Below, one piece after another: positions 14,191 through 27,469 of a DNA stretch of 64,000 nucleotides. Source of the stretch: Octopus vulgaris (lineage: Eukaryota); assembly GCA_951406725.2 (NCBI GenBank), contig OX597822.1, positions 56,048,001 through 56,112,000 of the forward strand. Direction: 5' to 3'. A program made the translations under genes and the position numbers. Below the pieces are notes generated by a model that ran no database searches, was not told the origin of the DNA, and worked only from the letters and a program-made list of their open reading frames with translations. How positions within the stretch are numbered: the stretch's first letter is position 1; each line of letters starts with the position of its first letter.

Positions 14191-14417
14191 ACATTCTGGT
14201 AAACGAACGTTTGACATTAAATTCAGTATCTCGGGTAGTAAAAATAGATTTTGCGTCGTGATACATCTTTGTGAAGACTTAGCTCGAAAGACGTGGAGTA
14301 CAAATGAAGTGTATGTGTGATATTTTGGTTTTTGGAATTGTATTTGGTACAGCTCTCCATGATTAATCGCTTCCTTTGCATTCCATTTTATTTCACCATA
14401 TCAGTAATATTGGATTC

Positions 14418-14632
14418 AAATTTCAAATCTTGACACAAAAGCAGCAATTTCGGGGAGGGAGCAAGTCGATTATATCGATCTCAATGATCAACTTGTGTTT
14501 ATTTCATCGACCCCGAGAAGAGTTAAGGCAAAGTCAGCGTCGGTCGAATTTGAACTCAGACCGTAGGGAAGTACGAAATGCCGCTAAGCATTTTTCCCAG
14601 CGTGCTAACGGTTCTGCCAGGTCATCGCCGTC
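14418..14632 (-). mobile_element. SINE family C
   Basis: Reverse complement matches 10202-10420. Confidence 0.7.
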
Positions 14633-15192
14633 CCCATATTAGTAATATTAGTAACATGCGTCTTATGGTTGTTGTAATAGCATTAGTAACAAACATGTCA
14701 AAATTCTTCGCTTCGTCTTCTACCTCAATTTCCCTTTTACCATTAATACTACACTATTGATTAGTGGTTTTTCTAATTTCAAAGTATTCAATTCACAACA
14801 TGATACCAATTACCACCCACCCAAATCTACCTTCCTTTTGACTATCCCATGTACCTTTTCACTTTCTCTCTTGACTCATGTGTGAAGTTTATGTATATCC
14901 TATGACGTCATTAGATGGCTACCCAATCACACGCCCCCATGCAACTTCCGTTTATTCACAGAGCCAATATTAGTAGCGCTAAAAGATGTAACCTGTTTTT
15001 CTCATATATTCCATTCGGTCCAGTGAACCGGCTACAAATTTGGAAAAACTAGAGTAACGAAAAAAACTAGATCGGCCAACACACACACACACACACACGC
15101 ACAAGTGTGTGTGTAAGTGTGTATCTATGTATGTATATGTGTAAGTATGTACGTATGCATAATATGCATTAGTTTATACGCATACAAACTTG

Positions 15193-15264
<72 letters not shown>

Positions 15265-15288
15265 ATGCATGTATATCTAATCTATCTC

Positions 15289-15322
<34 letters not shown>

Positions 15323-15649
15323 CATATATAAATGAGGATAAGATCGTTATTTAAAATACCGATCATATCAGGTGGCTAGCATGGGAATAAAAATCTCATA
15401 GGTAATAATTTTAATATCTTAATATATATATATATATATAATATTAATTATATATATATATATATTTGATCGAACAATACATATTATTATATACTACTAC
15501 AATTGCTTTAACGTAGATCCACCTGCAGAAACATCACCGGAAAAAAATTGCACAGTGGTCGATAAAATAGGTAGAGGTTGAGCACTGTGGTCGATGTAAT
15601 CGGCTAAATCCTTCCCCCAAAATTCCTGGCCTTGTATGTTGGACTTTTG

Positions 15650-15867
15650 CTTTACATTTTTACAAAATGGCTCCAAGTCTCTGCCAGAGACTTCAAGTTC
15701 ACGTTGATGTTATGCCTAGGGTGCCATATATTTGGTTTTGCACAGTGTTGTTCTAGAGAATGTTTAAGAACCCATAAGAAAATTATGCTTGTTTTAAAAC
15801 TTGAGATTACATAGAAAATATTTTGCGTCCGATATGTGTTGTTCGCATGAGTACTATCTTATTATTA

Positions 15868-15943
<76 letters not shown>

Positions 15944-15954
15944 TATTATTATTA

Positions 15955-16017
<63 letters not shown>

Positions 16018-16966
16018 GTTTGACTTTGGATTTGTAATTGTACAAGTTGGCTCCAAGTCTCACCCAGAGACCTCAAGACACAGGGGTGTCATATATTTGG
16101 TTTTGTACATAGTATTGTTCTAGAGAATGTTTAAGAAAACTTAAGAAAATTATGAGTTTGTTTCACAATTTGAGATTAGACAGACAGTATTTTACGTACG
16201 ATATGGGCAGTTCTAATGAGCACTATCTTTTGAATTTCTGCAAATTTGGGGTTTCCTGGTATTGAGCTAGGTAGTAATCAGCCCCTTTTGCTATCATTCA
16301 CAGGGCACCTTGTTTTAGCCTTTAGGTTCCACATTTGGCTAGTTTCTATTTCAAGATCTTTATACTTGGTCAGTTTTGATAGGTCTTGACAGATACGTTT
16401 ATATCGATTGAGGCAGTCATATCAATGAGGAGGCATGATTTTTGTCTGAAGTCTTTCAATATGATGTCTGGCCTATTTGCATCTATCTTATAATTATTAC
16501 ATGTTTGACTTTGGATTTGTAATTGTACAAGTTGACTCCAAGTCTCACCCAGAGACCTCATGAGACAACAAGTCAGACGTTCATGTTGGTTTTATACCTA
16601 GGGTGTCATATATTTGGTCGTGTACATAGTATTGTTCTAGAGAATGTCTAAGAAAACTTAAGAAAATTATGAGTTTGTTTTAAAATTTGAGATTACACAG
16701 ACAGTATTTTACGTACGATATGGGCAGTTCCCAATGAGAACTATCCTTTGAATTTCTGCCATTTTGGGGTTTCCTGACATCTGAGCTAGATAGCAATCAG
16801 CTCATTTTGCTATCATTCTCAGGGCACCTATGGCAACAGGTATTGTTTTAGTCTTCAGATTCCTCATTTTGCCAATTTCCATTTCAAGATAATTAAACTT
16901 GGGCAGTTTTTGGTAGGTTTTGACAGATACATCTGAGGAGGCATGATTTTTGTCTGAAGTCTTTCA

Positions 16967-16968
<2 letters not shown>
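15650..16968 (-). mobile_element. Three tandem 5'-truncated R4/Dong-like LINE ends (restriction-like endonuclease) in (TAA)n
   Basis: Minus strand gives IDANRPDIILKDFRQKSCLLIDMT...KYKDLEIE...GNPK...QKIVL (PD-(D/E)xK domain). Same 3' UTR repeated at ~15650-15860, 16016-16490 and 16498-16968, bounded by TAA repeats. Confidence 0.85.
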
Positions 16969-17034
<66 letters not shown>

Positions 17035-17065
17035 TCAACAACAACAACAACAATCATCATCATCA

Positions 17066-17103
<38 letters not shown>

Positions 17104-17276
17104 GTTATTATTATTATTATTATTCCAGTAATAGCGTTGAATGATATCTCTTCTGGTGGGCATATAAAAAGATTGTATAAACTAAATTCTAAAAATACGT
17201 GCTTTCATCTGGGAAATGAAAGTAGCTTCCGTAAAGTGTGTACGTATGTGATTTTTTTTGCGTGTATATCCTTGTA

Positions 17277-17346
<70 letters not shown>

Positions 17347-17589
17347 TGTGTGTACAAGCATGTATGTAAGTGTGTCAATCGCATAATTTTGTAGTTGCCT
17401 AGAAACTAATGCATTTCTGCGTTCTGGACAAGATTTATTTGGATTATGGACCAAAAGGGGCACATTCCAGAATGCTATATTCAATATGAATCTAGATCTT
17501 TTATTTCCTCTTATGTTTCGAGCTCATAAATAATTGTCTATTCGTCGCCCAAAACTAATTAGATTGAATGAATAATGGAGGCAATTTTA

Positions 17590-17850
17590 AAGCAAAATAC
17601 GACTCTTTGCTGCAATCTAGCACATGCGACAGTGGATTTATTGCATATTCACTCTCATCTGTGCAAAGCTTTTTGAATAGATTTTCCCAGTCTTGCAAGG
17701 CGTTGCAGTTAACCATTGGCCTCGGCAAGATGGCGGTAATGTTTCATTCGGTTCCCGGATCACCCTATGTTGAACCATCAATTTATGTCGACAATCACAG
17801 GCTCAAGGCCGTTGCTAAATTTCCGTATCTGAGAAGCGTGATCAATCAAT
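17590..17850 (+). pseudogene. RTE-clade LINE reverse transcriptase fragment
   Basis: AYSLSSVQSFLNRFSQSCKALQLTIGLGKMAVMF..PGSPYVEPSIYVDNHRLKAVAKFPYLRS matches the RTE/BovB region after YADD. Confidence 0.7.
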
Positions 17851-17929
17851 GATACTCTTGAATTAACAAGCCAAGAGCCATAATATATATATAGTAAAAG
17901 TATATATATTAGTAAAAGTATATATATTA

Positions 17930-19095
17930 GTAAAAGACAGCCTAAAAACTTGAAAACATTACTAACAAAGGCAAAATTTGACCTCAGCAACAAAGACCAA
18001 ACATTCACGGTATCTAAATGCAATGATAGCCGATGTGGCACATGCCAATTCATACATACCGGTCAATATATAAACACAAAAACCGGGAAAATATTCACAA
18101 ACGCGAATATGAACTGCAAAAGCAGAAATTTAATTTACTGCATCAAATGCCCAAATTGTGAAGAAATATATGTAGGTCAGACGGGAAACGCACTATTAGA
18201 ACGCTCACGTGTACACCGGCAACAGATTAGAGACCCAGAGGTCCGTCAGATACCTTTGAGTAACCACCTAGCAACATGTGGTCGGAAAATATATATAATA
18301 TTTCCATTCTACAAATTACACAGCCCAAGTGAAATCGAGAGGAAAATCAGAGAAAAGAATTTTATTGATAAATTCGAACCCAAGCTAAATAAGCAATAAT
18401 AATAATACTTAGAGGTATTACTTCCACTGCTACGACCATGACCACTAACAACAACAACAATACTAAAGGTGATCAAGACGAAGATAGCAGGAAAATTATC
18501 TTATTTAGGGTTAAAAGTTCTATTGCCACCACCATCACCACTAGCAACAATAATTAAGGTGCTGACAATGATGATGATGACAATTGAAATATAAAAATAT
18601 AAAAATCTCTGACAAAGGATATTTACAACATTTCTAAAAATAACCCAACAATTGCTGCTTCGGCCAGGGTCAAGATACAGGACTCTTGACCTGTCCAACA
18701 AAGCGTGATGCCTAAACCAATCAGCTCAACCAACCAATCAGCTTAAGTAATTGAGTGATACTACACACTGATTGGTCAGAATACAGTTTGCAAAACCTAG
18801 CACTCTGGAGCCTACCCAGCTGTATTTATAGCACAGAATCACTCATCTTGCTACAGTCAAAAATTGTAAAGCATGACTGTCAACACTACTACATGAACCC
18901 GAAGATTGCAGAATTCAATGCATGAAAGTACTAGTTCAATCAGAATGAATATTTAACATTCTACTATTTCATTTTATTTTATTCAATTATAATATATTAT
19001 CTTATAATATATCATTATAAGATTGTAAATAAAACGTGAAAATCAGACAAGGTTGGAATTCTTTTTATTAATATATTCTTCTATACACAATCACA
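17930..19095 (+). mobile_element. 5'-truncated Penelope-like element: GIY-YIG endonuclease (ORF 17950-18399), 3' UTR and terminal repeat
   Basis: KCNDSRCGTC..NCKSRNLIYCIKCPNCEEIYVGQTG..RSRVH..E..LN. HHR-like motif at 18894-18938. Ends at (CA)/(TA)n. Confidence 0.9.
18894..18938 (+). ncRNA. Type I hammerhead-like motif (core variant CCGAAGA)
   Basis: TGAAC-CCGAAGA-tTGCA gaattcaa TGCAt-GAAAG-TA-CTA-GTTCA; helix I TGAAC/GTTCA. Confidence 0.7.
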
Positions 19096-19430
19096 CACAC
19101 CCATATATATATATATCTATATATATATATATATGTTTATGCATTATGCGAGCGTGTTTGCGTACTCGTGCCTATTTGTCTGTTCGTGTTACCCTATTTT
19201 ACTAAACTGCTAAAAGAAACAATTCAAATTTTCCCGGTGTAGTGAAGTCAAATAAGTGTGAGCGGGGAAAGAGATATATAAAGAGATATAAAGAGATTTA
19301 TAGAAAAACTGAAATACGTAAAATCATTTTATTCTCAAAACGTGTAAAATTGATAATACATACTGGTACTATAATAGGACATTGGAGTTGAAAAAAAACT
19401 ATAACTTCTACGCTGTTTAAATATAAAGCT

Positions 19431-19812
19431 ATGCGCAGGGATAACTATGTGGTAAGAAGTTTCTTCACAACCACACGAGTCTGGGTTCGGTCCCACTGTA
19501 TGGCACTTTGGACAAGTGTCTTCTACTATAGCCTCGGGCCTACCAAAACTTTGTAAATGGATATGGTAGAGGAAATTGAAAGAAGCCCGTCGTATGTATA
19601 TATGTATATATGTGCGTGTTTTTTTTGTGTGTGTGTGTCCTTTTGTTCCCCAGTACCGCGTGACAACCGGTGCTGGTGTGTTTTCATCCCCGTAACTTAG
19701 CGGTTCGGCAAAGAAACCGATAGAATAAGTACTAGACTTAACACAAAAATGTACTGGAGTCGATTCATTTGACTAAAAATTCTTGAAGGCAGTGCCCCAG
19801 CATGGCCGTAGG
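19431..19812 (+). mobile_element. SINE family A, diverged
   Basis: Colinear similarity to 1557-1999. Confidence 0.85.
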
Positions 19813-20204
19813 CCATTTGCCCTTCTGTAAATAACTCAGAGCTGTTGTGCCTATTGAAAGGAAACTTAGTTCCCAGTTAATGCTAACGTGTTAACATATT
19901 TAATATATGGATCGTCACAGTGCTATATAAAAGTAGTTAGATGACGTCGGAAGAGCGGCATTAGCTAAATGATTAATAGTTGTAAATTTCGGTAAGGTAG
20001 ACGAAATCACTCACAACCCAGCCTTTATTTAGGTGCCTGTAGCTACAGTTCCATCTCTATTAAGTATGCGAGTTATGTCTCGTAGCCTGAAAATCCGTTG
20101 TTCAACAGGCTCACTTACTGACAGAATGTCAATATTCAATTCAGTTAAGTCTGGAAAGTGTTTACCTAGTTTAATTTTAAATATTGTATTTCTTATATTA
20201 TAAA

Positions 20205-20578
20205 CTAGCAGTATCGCCCGGCGTTGCTCGGGTTTGTAAGGGAAATAACTATATTAGCATTTTTAGAGAGTTATAGCCAAAAAATAGCAAAAAAATGCAT
20301 TAAAATGGAAAAAAATGATGGTAAATTTTTTTTAAATCGTTGTCTCATCGTAGACATTTTTAGAGAGTTACTTCCCTTATATAATAGCGAAAAACATGAT
20401 GGTAAATTTTTTTTTAAATCGTAGACTCATCGTAGACGCGCTAACACCCAGAAGGGCTCGATATGAATCACGACTATAAGATACCCGCTTTTGGTTAAAC
20501 TGCACCGCAAAATGTGGGAGTAGTTAGGAATCTAAATCGTAGGAGACAGACACACAACTTCTCTTTTGTATATAAAGA
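20205..20578 (-). mobile_element. Non-autonomous Helitron, both ends intact
   Basis: Minus strand starts A|TCTTTATATAC and ends hairpin (CCCGAGCAACGCCGGG)-CTAG|T; no TSD; internal duplicated segment. Confidence 0.85.
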
Positions 20579-20579
20579 T

Positions 20580-21200
20580 GTTCTCATTGAAACTACTATT
20601 GTTGAGTGTTGTGTTATATATGATGCGTAATTATTGAAAATTCTTTCATTAGCTGAAAGATTAGATACTCTTATAGATATATCTTTAATTTACCCATTTA
20701 TAACAGTTCGGGTGTGATTTGACATAAAACTAATATACTGCATTGTTTTATTCGGTTTATTAAAAGGGGTGAAAACCACAATCGAGATTTAAGGTACCAT
20801 CAAGAAAGTTTACTACCTTTGTAATATTTTCGAATGTTATATCTAAATTAAATTCCTTAAAATATTTTAATCAAAGCTTTTCTAGTCCTATCCACAGTTT
20901 GCAAAGAGGAGCCAGTTAATGCAAATAATGCATCATTCCTATATAACCCTCCTTTAATATTAAGGAACTTTTCCTCTATTTTCGAAAGAATTAAGTAGAC
21001 CAAGTTTGTAACTTGTGCTGAGTCTGATGACCCCGTTGTTACATCAAAGTTATCGTGAAGGTCATTTCGACTCCAGTTCTTATCCTTAAAATATATTAAC
21101 ATTTACCTAGCAATTATTATTTTGTCCTTCTCCAATGTGGAGATAACCTTAAACATTTGAGGAAATGCAATTGTTTTATCCAATAAATTAGGTGATATAC
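20580..21200 (-). pseudogene. PLE reverse transcriptase fragment
   Basis: FDVTTGSSDSAQVTNLV..GGLYRNDAL..KALIKIF then VVNFLDGTLNL: degenerate DVTMGSxDGAE / GLYRDD / NFLDV motifs. Confidence 0.75.
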
Positions 21201-21285
21201 GTTGATGATAATTTCGAAACATATATTGAGAAAAATAATCTGTATTTTGGTTGTCAATTTCTCGAAGGTTACCTTTCCATTGAAA

Positions 21286-21375
<90 letters not shown>

Positions 21376-22958
21376 AAGCTTAGGTGTCAGACGTGAGCGA
21401 GTATGAACTGATAGCTTCTACCACACTTTCGCTAACTGCTTTAGAAGACGTAGTTACAAGCATATACAGACGATCCCTCAAGCCTTCCACCCCTGATCAA
21501 GCAGAACGTAGAGCATGTGAAAACTGAATGGTGAAGCAGCTGCACATACAGCCGATTGATATTAATCAAATAAGCAGTAATCTTATATACGCATGAGGAA
21601 ATGACACCTGTATTTGATCCGAGTACCATGCGACTCTGATCAGACACCCAACAACATTCTATATAACACTTTTATGCCTCTATCAATATATAAACACACA
21701 CACATACACACACATATGATTTATAGAAGAAAATGGAATGAACTGGCTTTAATCACAAATCAAATGAATTGTTTCTTTGCATTGGTAACAGCTGTCAGTT
21801 GCTGAGTTTTTCATATCGTATTATTATAGGATTATTATATTGTTAGATATGATTCAACAGTAACTGGTACTCGCACATCGTCAGGTGAGTGGGTTTGAGT
21901 GAACTGCATGATCAAACCCAATTTCCCATTGTTTAATAACCATACTCTAGTCTTAGTATTCCAACCGTGCAGAGTAATATATAGATTCAAAAAGACATAT
22001 CATAAATACAAATATACGCATGCGCGCGCGTGTGCGTGTTCATGTATGTATTCCTATAAAAAAGAAAGGGAATATATACATAAATACATACATAGACACA
22101 TGCATTATGCTCAGTCTGGAAGAGGCCCTTAGCCATCTCATGGGACCTTTATATACTTTTAAACTGTTCCTTCTGTTGCCTGCCTGTTCTGCATTATCTG
22201 TATCATAGCCTCGATGCTCCTCAGTTTTTAGTTAACATTTCCCTACAATTTCCTGCTGCTCTTTCCGATTGCCCATAAATTTCAGGCTGGCTATTTGAAG
22301 GATGACGAAGTTCATACGGTTCCACGAGCGAGGGGCTCCTAGTTGCATATCTGAGTTGCTTTCTACTTTAATTTACTTTTTTGTTGGAGAGGAGCCCATT
22401 CTTTTAACTGCTTCAGATTCGTAACTTTACATTCAGATTCGCAACTAATAGCCCAACTTGTCGCCGATCCTCTATTGTAACAGGTGCTCCTGCTATTGTT
22501 TATTTTCTCTCTTTATTTATCTTTCTAACTTGTTTCGGGGGCTAACCAGCTAGTGAGCCTTACTGAACATATTATGCAGGTATTTATTTTATATGACTCT
22601 TTAATGCTTCCCCAATTCACAAAATATGTATGTATGTCTGTATGTCTGTATGAATGTATGTATTTCTGAACGGAAATAACAGCAATAATATAACAAGCAG
22701 TCAATGATGTGGATTAAAAATTCTTTAGCATATAAATATAAACAAGTTTTTGAATATCGATACGCCTGGCGAACCGTGATGCTTAAGATGCATGCAGATT
22801 GGTAAAAAAGGTATTCTAAAAATTCAGCTTGCTAGAGTGTTCTAAGAGAGACTAAAGTTGTCAAGAACTCAACTGTAATTTAAGATTTGTATGAGCATTA
22901 CGAAATATTTTTTAATGTTAGAGTACTATAATAAAAAACGTGTTTTAACTTTATTTAA

Positions 22959-23014
<56 letters not shown>

Positions 23015-23015
<1 letters not shown>

Positions 23016-24585
23016 CTAAAGAACTAAAAGATACCCTTATCACCAGGAACTACCCACCTTCACTTATTGACATGTGCATTCAACGTGCCCTTCAACTTAA
23101 CATCCAGGAATCGAGACATCCCAAATCAAAGAAAAACTTACGACCAAAAGCCTTACCATACATCTCCACACACAACCCTCTCAACAATGAAGCCTTCGGC
23201 ACCATCCTCCACAACATACCCCTCCTAAAAAAAGACCACAGAATGAACACAATCCTCCAAACACACACGATCATAAAAGGCAAGAGACAGCCTAAATCTA
23301 TGAAAAGTCTCCTAACACAAGCCCGAATACACTCTTCAACACAGAAGCCGACAGTAAAAAAATGTGGAAGACCCAATTGCGGGATATGCGATTATCTAAT
23401 TGAGGGATCAGAGTTCTCCTTCAAACAGGGACAACGGTTTACAGCGAAAAGCAACTTCACATGTTTTTCGGAGAACCTGATATACACAGTAACCTGCTCT
23501 GGGTGTCAAGAGCAGTACATAGGCCAAACAAAAAATAGTTTGCGTAAAAGAATGGCCCTGCACAGATCCCAGATAAAAATTCCCCAAAACAGAAAAATAG
23601 CTTTCAGCCAACACATAGATACTTGCGCCAACAACAAAACACCAGGCTTCAGGATTTTCCCCCTCAACCAATTCAGGGACGATACAACTTCGAGACAACG
23701 AATAAGTAAAGAAACTCTCTTTATTACAAAATGCAGGCCACTTCTTAACGGGTCTACGACAAACGATTAATACACCTCAGCTTTAGAATAACAGAAATAC
23801 ACACGCAAATATTACATTCCAAAGAATCCATTACAAATCAGCCCCAATCACAGCTATAATCCATAACATGCCAACTTCAAGTCATACAACACCTTACTAC
23901 TTCCACTCATTCATATTCTCCCTTCTCTTTTTTCTTCTTCTTCCTCTTCTCCTTCATCATCACCATTATCATCATCATCGTCGTCATCATCATCACCATC
24001 ATCATCATCTTCTACTTCTCCTTCTCCTTCTTCTTCTTCTTCTTCTTCTTCTTCATCATCATTAACATCATCATCTTCTTCTTGTTCTTCCTCCTCTTCT
24101 TCTTCTTCTTCTTCTTCTTCTTCTTCTTCTTCTTCTTTTTCTTCTGCTCCACCTTCTACCTCTTAACTTTATCACTAATGCCTTTTAGTATAACACCTAC
24201 GCAAATTCCATAAACAAACCTTTCAATAGAAATATTCTCCTGAATTGAACTGCAACTGCTAGCCGTCACTGACCATTCAAAATACAACAAACAAGGCACT
24301 CCCAAATTTTTCCACCCCTTCTCCTCATCAACCTTCTTCTTCTTCTACCCTACCAAGAATTCACAACGACCTTGAACACACAAGTGCAAACAAGGGAGAC
24401 AGAGAAAGGCAGAATGCCACTTATATTTGAACACTATACAAATATTCCTTTAAAAAAACTTTTCTTTTAATTTTTCTAAATTTAATTATTTAATCGTTAC
24501 AGTTGAAAAGGTCTCAAAATGACCGAAACCGGTACTGAAATGTTCTTTATAAAATTATTTTAGCATTTTCTATCTTGACTTGTTT

Positions 24586-24590
<5 letters not shown>
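23015..24590 (+). mobile_element. 5'-truncated Penelope-like element: RT thumb and GIY-YIG (ORF 23072-23770), microsatellite-rich 3' UTR and terminal repeat
   Basis: LPYISTHNP..CGRPNCGIC..FTCFSENLIYTVTCSGCQEQYIGQTKNSLRKRMALH..KE..LLN. (TA)n on both sides. HHR-like motif at 24500-24537. Confidence 0.93.
24500..24537 (+). ncRNA. Hammerhead-like motif, variant core TTGAAAA
   Basis: CAG-TTGAAAA-GGTC tcaaaat GACC-GAAAC-CG-GTA-CTG. Confidence 0.6.
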
Positions 24591-24629
<39 letters not shown>

Positions 24630-24630
24630 G

Positions 24631-24736
<106 letters not shown>

Positions 24737-25544
24737 TATATATATATACACATTCGCGCACATATCTACATACATATATATGTATGCAGGCTGGTAGTTA
24801 GAGAAAAAAATGAACAGGACTATGTTCCAGGTTAATCCATATTCCTTAGAATTGTTTTCATTTTGACTTATCAGACATTTGCAGCTTGATTAGGCGATAA
24901 TATCATTAAATTTATTGTAGTTAACGTTTCCATATGAAAGGCTGTTGAATTGTCTATCCTGCCTTTCGATTTATAGAGATCGGCGTATATTTATGCTGAC
25001 TTTCCCGCCAAAATTGGACAGAATTTTACGTCATCAAGCCGTTGGAATTACTCGTTGTTAGTCAAGTGCTTATCGTGTTTTTTAGGTTCGATGAGTGTGT
25101 GTGGGTGTGTGCGTGTAATTATTGTCTATACGTTTATTTTGAGTACTTGTAACTATTGCTTCCATAATTAATCGTCTGTTTTTTAGGAGAATATTATATA
25201 ATATGGATACGTAAACAATATAGTAGTTATAATGAACTCACAGGAAGACGCCAAAAACACTAAAGGAAGCTCTTGAGGACAACTCAGTACTTAAATCCAA
25301 CTTCTAAAACAATGCTATAATGACTCCATTTCTAGAGATACGTATTCACATTAAAAATAACAGATACATTACGTAAATATACATCATAGACACAAACGTT
25401 TACATCTTCCTACACTGACTGAGTGAATGCCGAAACAGCAACAACATTAGAATGATGAAATCACTCCTGGAGAGAGCATAGCGATTTTTCTCCACATTTG
25501 AAGTACTTGATAAAAAAAAAGTTACTAAACAAACAATAACTAAT

Positions 25545-25665
25545 TGCAGCCGTATGGTAAGAAGTTTGATTCCCAACAACAAAGTTTCAGGTTCAGTCCC
25601 TTGAGCGTCTTCTACTATAGCCCCATAGTGAATATGCTTGACGAAAACTAAGAGAGGCCCGACTA
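25545..25665 (+). mobile_element. SINE family A, 5' fragment
   Basis: GTATGGTAAGAAGTTTGATTCCCAAC..GGTTCAGTCCC..TCTTCTACTATAGCC. Confidence 0.6.
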
Positions 25666-25764
25666 ATACATACATGTGTATGTTTGTGTGTGTGTGTGTG
25701 TGTATGTGCGTGTGCTTGTGCGTGTGTATGCATGTGTATCGATTTATATACATTTACATGTATG

Positions 25765-25825
<61 letters not shown>

Positions 25826-25828
<3 letters not shown>

Positions 25829-26022
25829 TTAACCTGAAGACTGCATAGTTTAATGCATGACAGTACTAGTTCAATCAGAATGTGCATTTAATATTCTATC
25901 ATTTCATTATGTTATATCATTTTATATTAAATTATTATACTATTGTAAATAAAACCTGAAAATCAAAGTTGGAATTTCTTTGCGTAATATATTCTTCTAT
26001 ACACAACTATACACACCCGTGT
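25826..26022 (+). mobile_element. Solo PLE terminal repeat, same family as 17930-19095
   Basis: Colinear with 18895-19100; starts at the HHR motif (CTGAAGA 25834; GAAA changed to GACA); (TA)n on both sides. Confidence 0.85.
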
Positions 26023-26179
26023 ATATACATATATATATATATATATATATGCATTTATATATACTTATATATATATATATAACATACATATTTATTTATA
26101 TATACATACACATATAAATATACATACATATACATAGACACAGACACACACACACACATTTATATATATATACACATAT

Positions 26180-26465
26180 ATACTTTCATAAGTTTCGTGA
26201 AGTATTGGTCCAGGCCATGTCTAACTTAATAGCATCGGCATCGCCCGACCAGGTAATTCAAATCAGAAATCGGACATCATGGTCCACTCGAGTCGAGAGA
26301 TATTCTTTATGGAGTCACATTCCGGTACAAGATGTTTATCCGGGATTTCTTGAAGGTATTGTCCAAAGACTTTTTGAATTTAATGGGGGTCTGTTTCTGC
26401 TTTAATGTGCTTTGCTGTAATGTTAAAGAGAGAGGGGCCTAATTGAAGTGAAATAAGTGTGCTGC
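26180..26465 (-). mobile_element. CR1/L2-like LINE 3' fragment
   Basis: Frameshifted GPSLFN...KFKKSLD..LQEIPDK, comparable to the C-terminus of the 57932 ORF; tail CATGGCC...GAAAC. Confidence 0.6.
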
Positions 26466-26490
26466 ATTGTTGTTATGATATATATATATG

Positions 26491-26821
26491 AGGTGATTAA
26501 AATCAAAATAAGCAGCATGGATATCCAGAGGTAATACAGTACGATCGTTTCAAGTAACTCCATTTAATTGAACAATGCAATCATTACATCCATTTATATG
26601 CAGAGCAATCCTCAGCTGCATAAGGATTGCTGAGAATTGCACTGCATTTAAATTGATGTAATGATTGCATTGTTCAATTAAATGAAGTTGCTTGAAACGA
26701 GCGTACTGCATTACCTCTGGATATCCTTGTTGCTTACTTTGATTTTAATCACCTTATTTTGAAATTGCATGGATAATACCGTACTAAATTCTGCTGCCTC
26801 AGCTTAAGTACCATATTCATC

Positions 26822-26825
<4 letters not shown>
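26491..26825. mobile_element. Palindromic HHR-bearing PLE-like end
   Basis: Arms 26491-26616 and 26629-26754 plus unpaired tail. Minus strand TGCAG-CTGAGGA...GAAAC-GATC-GTA-CTGTA. Diverged single copy at 59835-60035 (-). Confidence 0.8.
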
Positions 26826-26861
<36 letters not shown>

Positions 26862-27115
26862 GGGCTTATATCAAAACGAGATATATGCATCGGAATGAGT
26901 TTTGAACAGTTGAAAACAATTCAGTATCTAAATATATCTGATTTTGATCGGAAGACTAAGATTCACTCTTTATATCTCAACTATCCCGGTTTGACTGAAA
27001 AGAAATTTCATGTGTCTGAAGCCAGCAACTTGCAGATTGTGTTTTAATGCTTATCATGAAATCGACCAAATATGCACTGATACCGATTTTAAAAGTAAGC
27101 TCCTCAACACACACA

Positions 27116-27159
<44 letters not shown>

Positions 27160-27324
27160 TACACTTACCTAGTTCCACGCTTGCGAAAACCCACGCATAC
27201 ACACATATTTTGATTACTTTTGTAGTGTGCGTCTGCATTTATATTATTTAAAATGCATTCACCTCTTATACGTATGATTGCAGGTAGATGACTAGAATGT
27301 ATATGGATTAATTTTCTGTAGTCA

Positions 27325-27363
<39 letters not shown>

Positions 27364-27367
27364 CCTC

Positions 27368-27401
<34 letters not shown>

Positions 27402-27469
27402 TTTCTTTCTTTCCTTCTTTCTTTCTTTCTTTCTCTCTTTCTTTCCTTCTTTCTAGGATCAATCATTAC

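Noticed and set aside
15650-16968. CRISPR-like or satellite array
   Set aside because: Units are LINE 3' ends of unequal length in eukaryotic DNA; no repeat-spacer periodicity.
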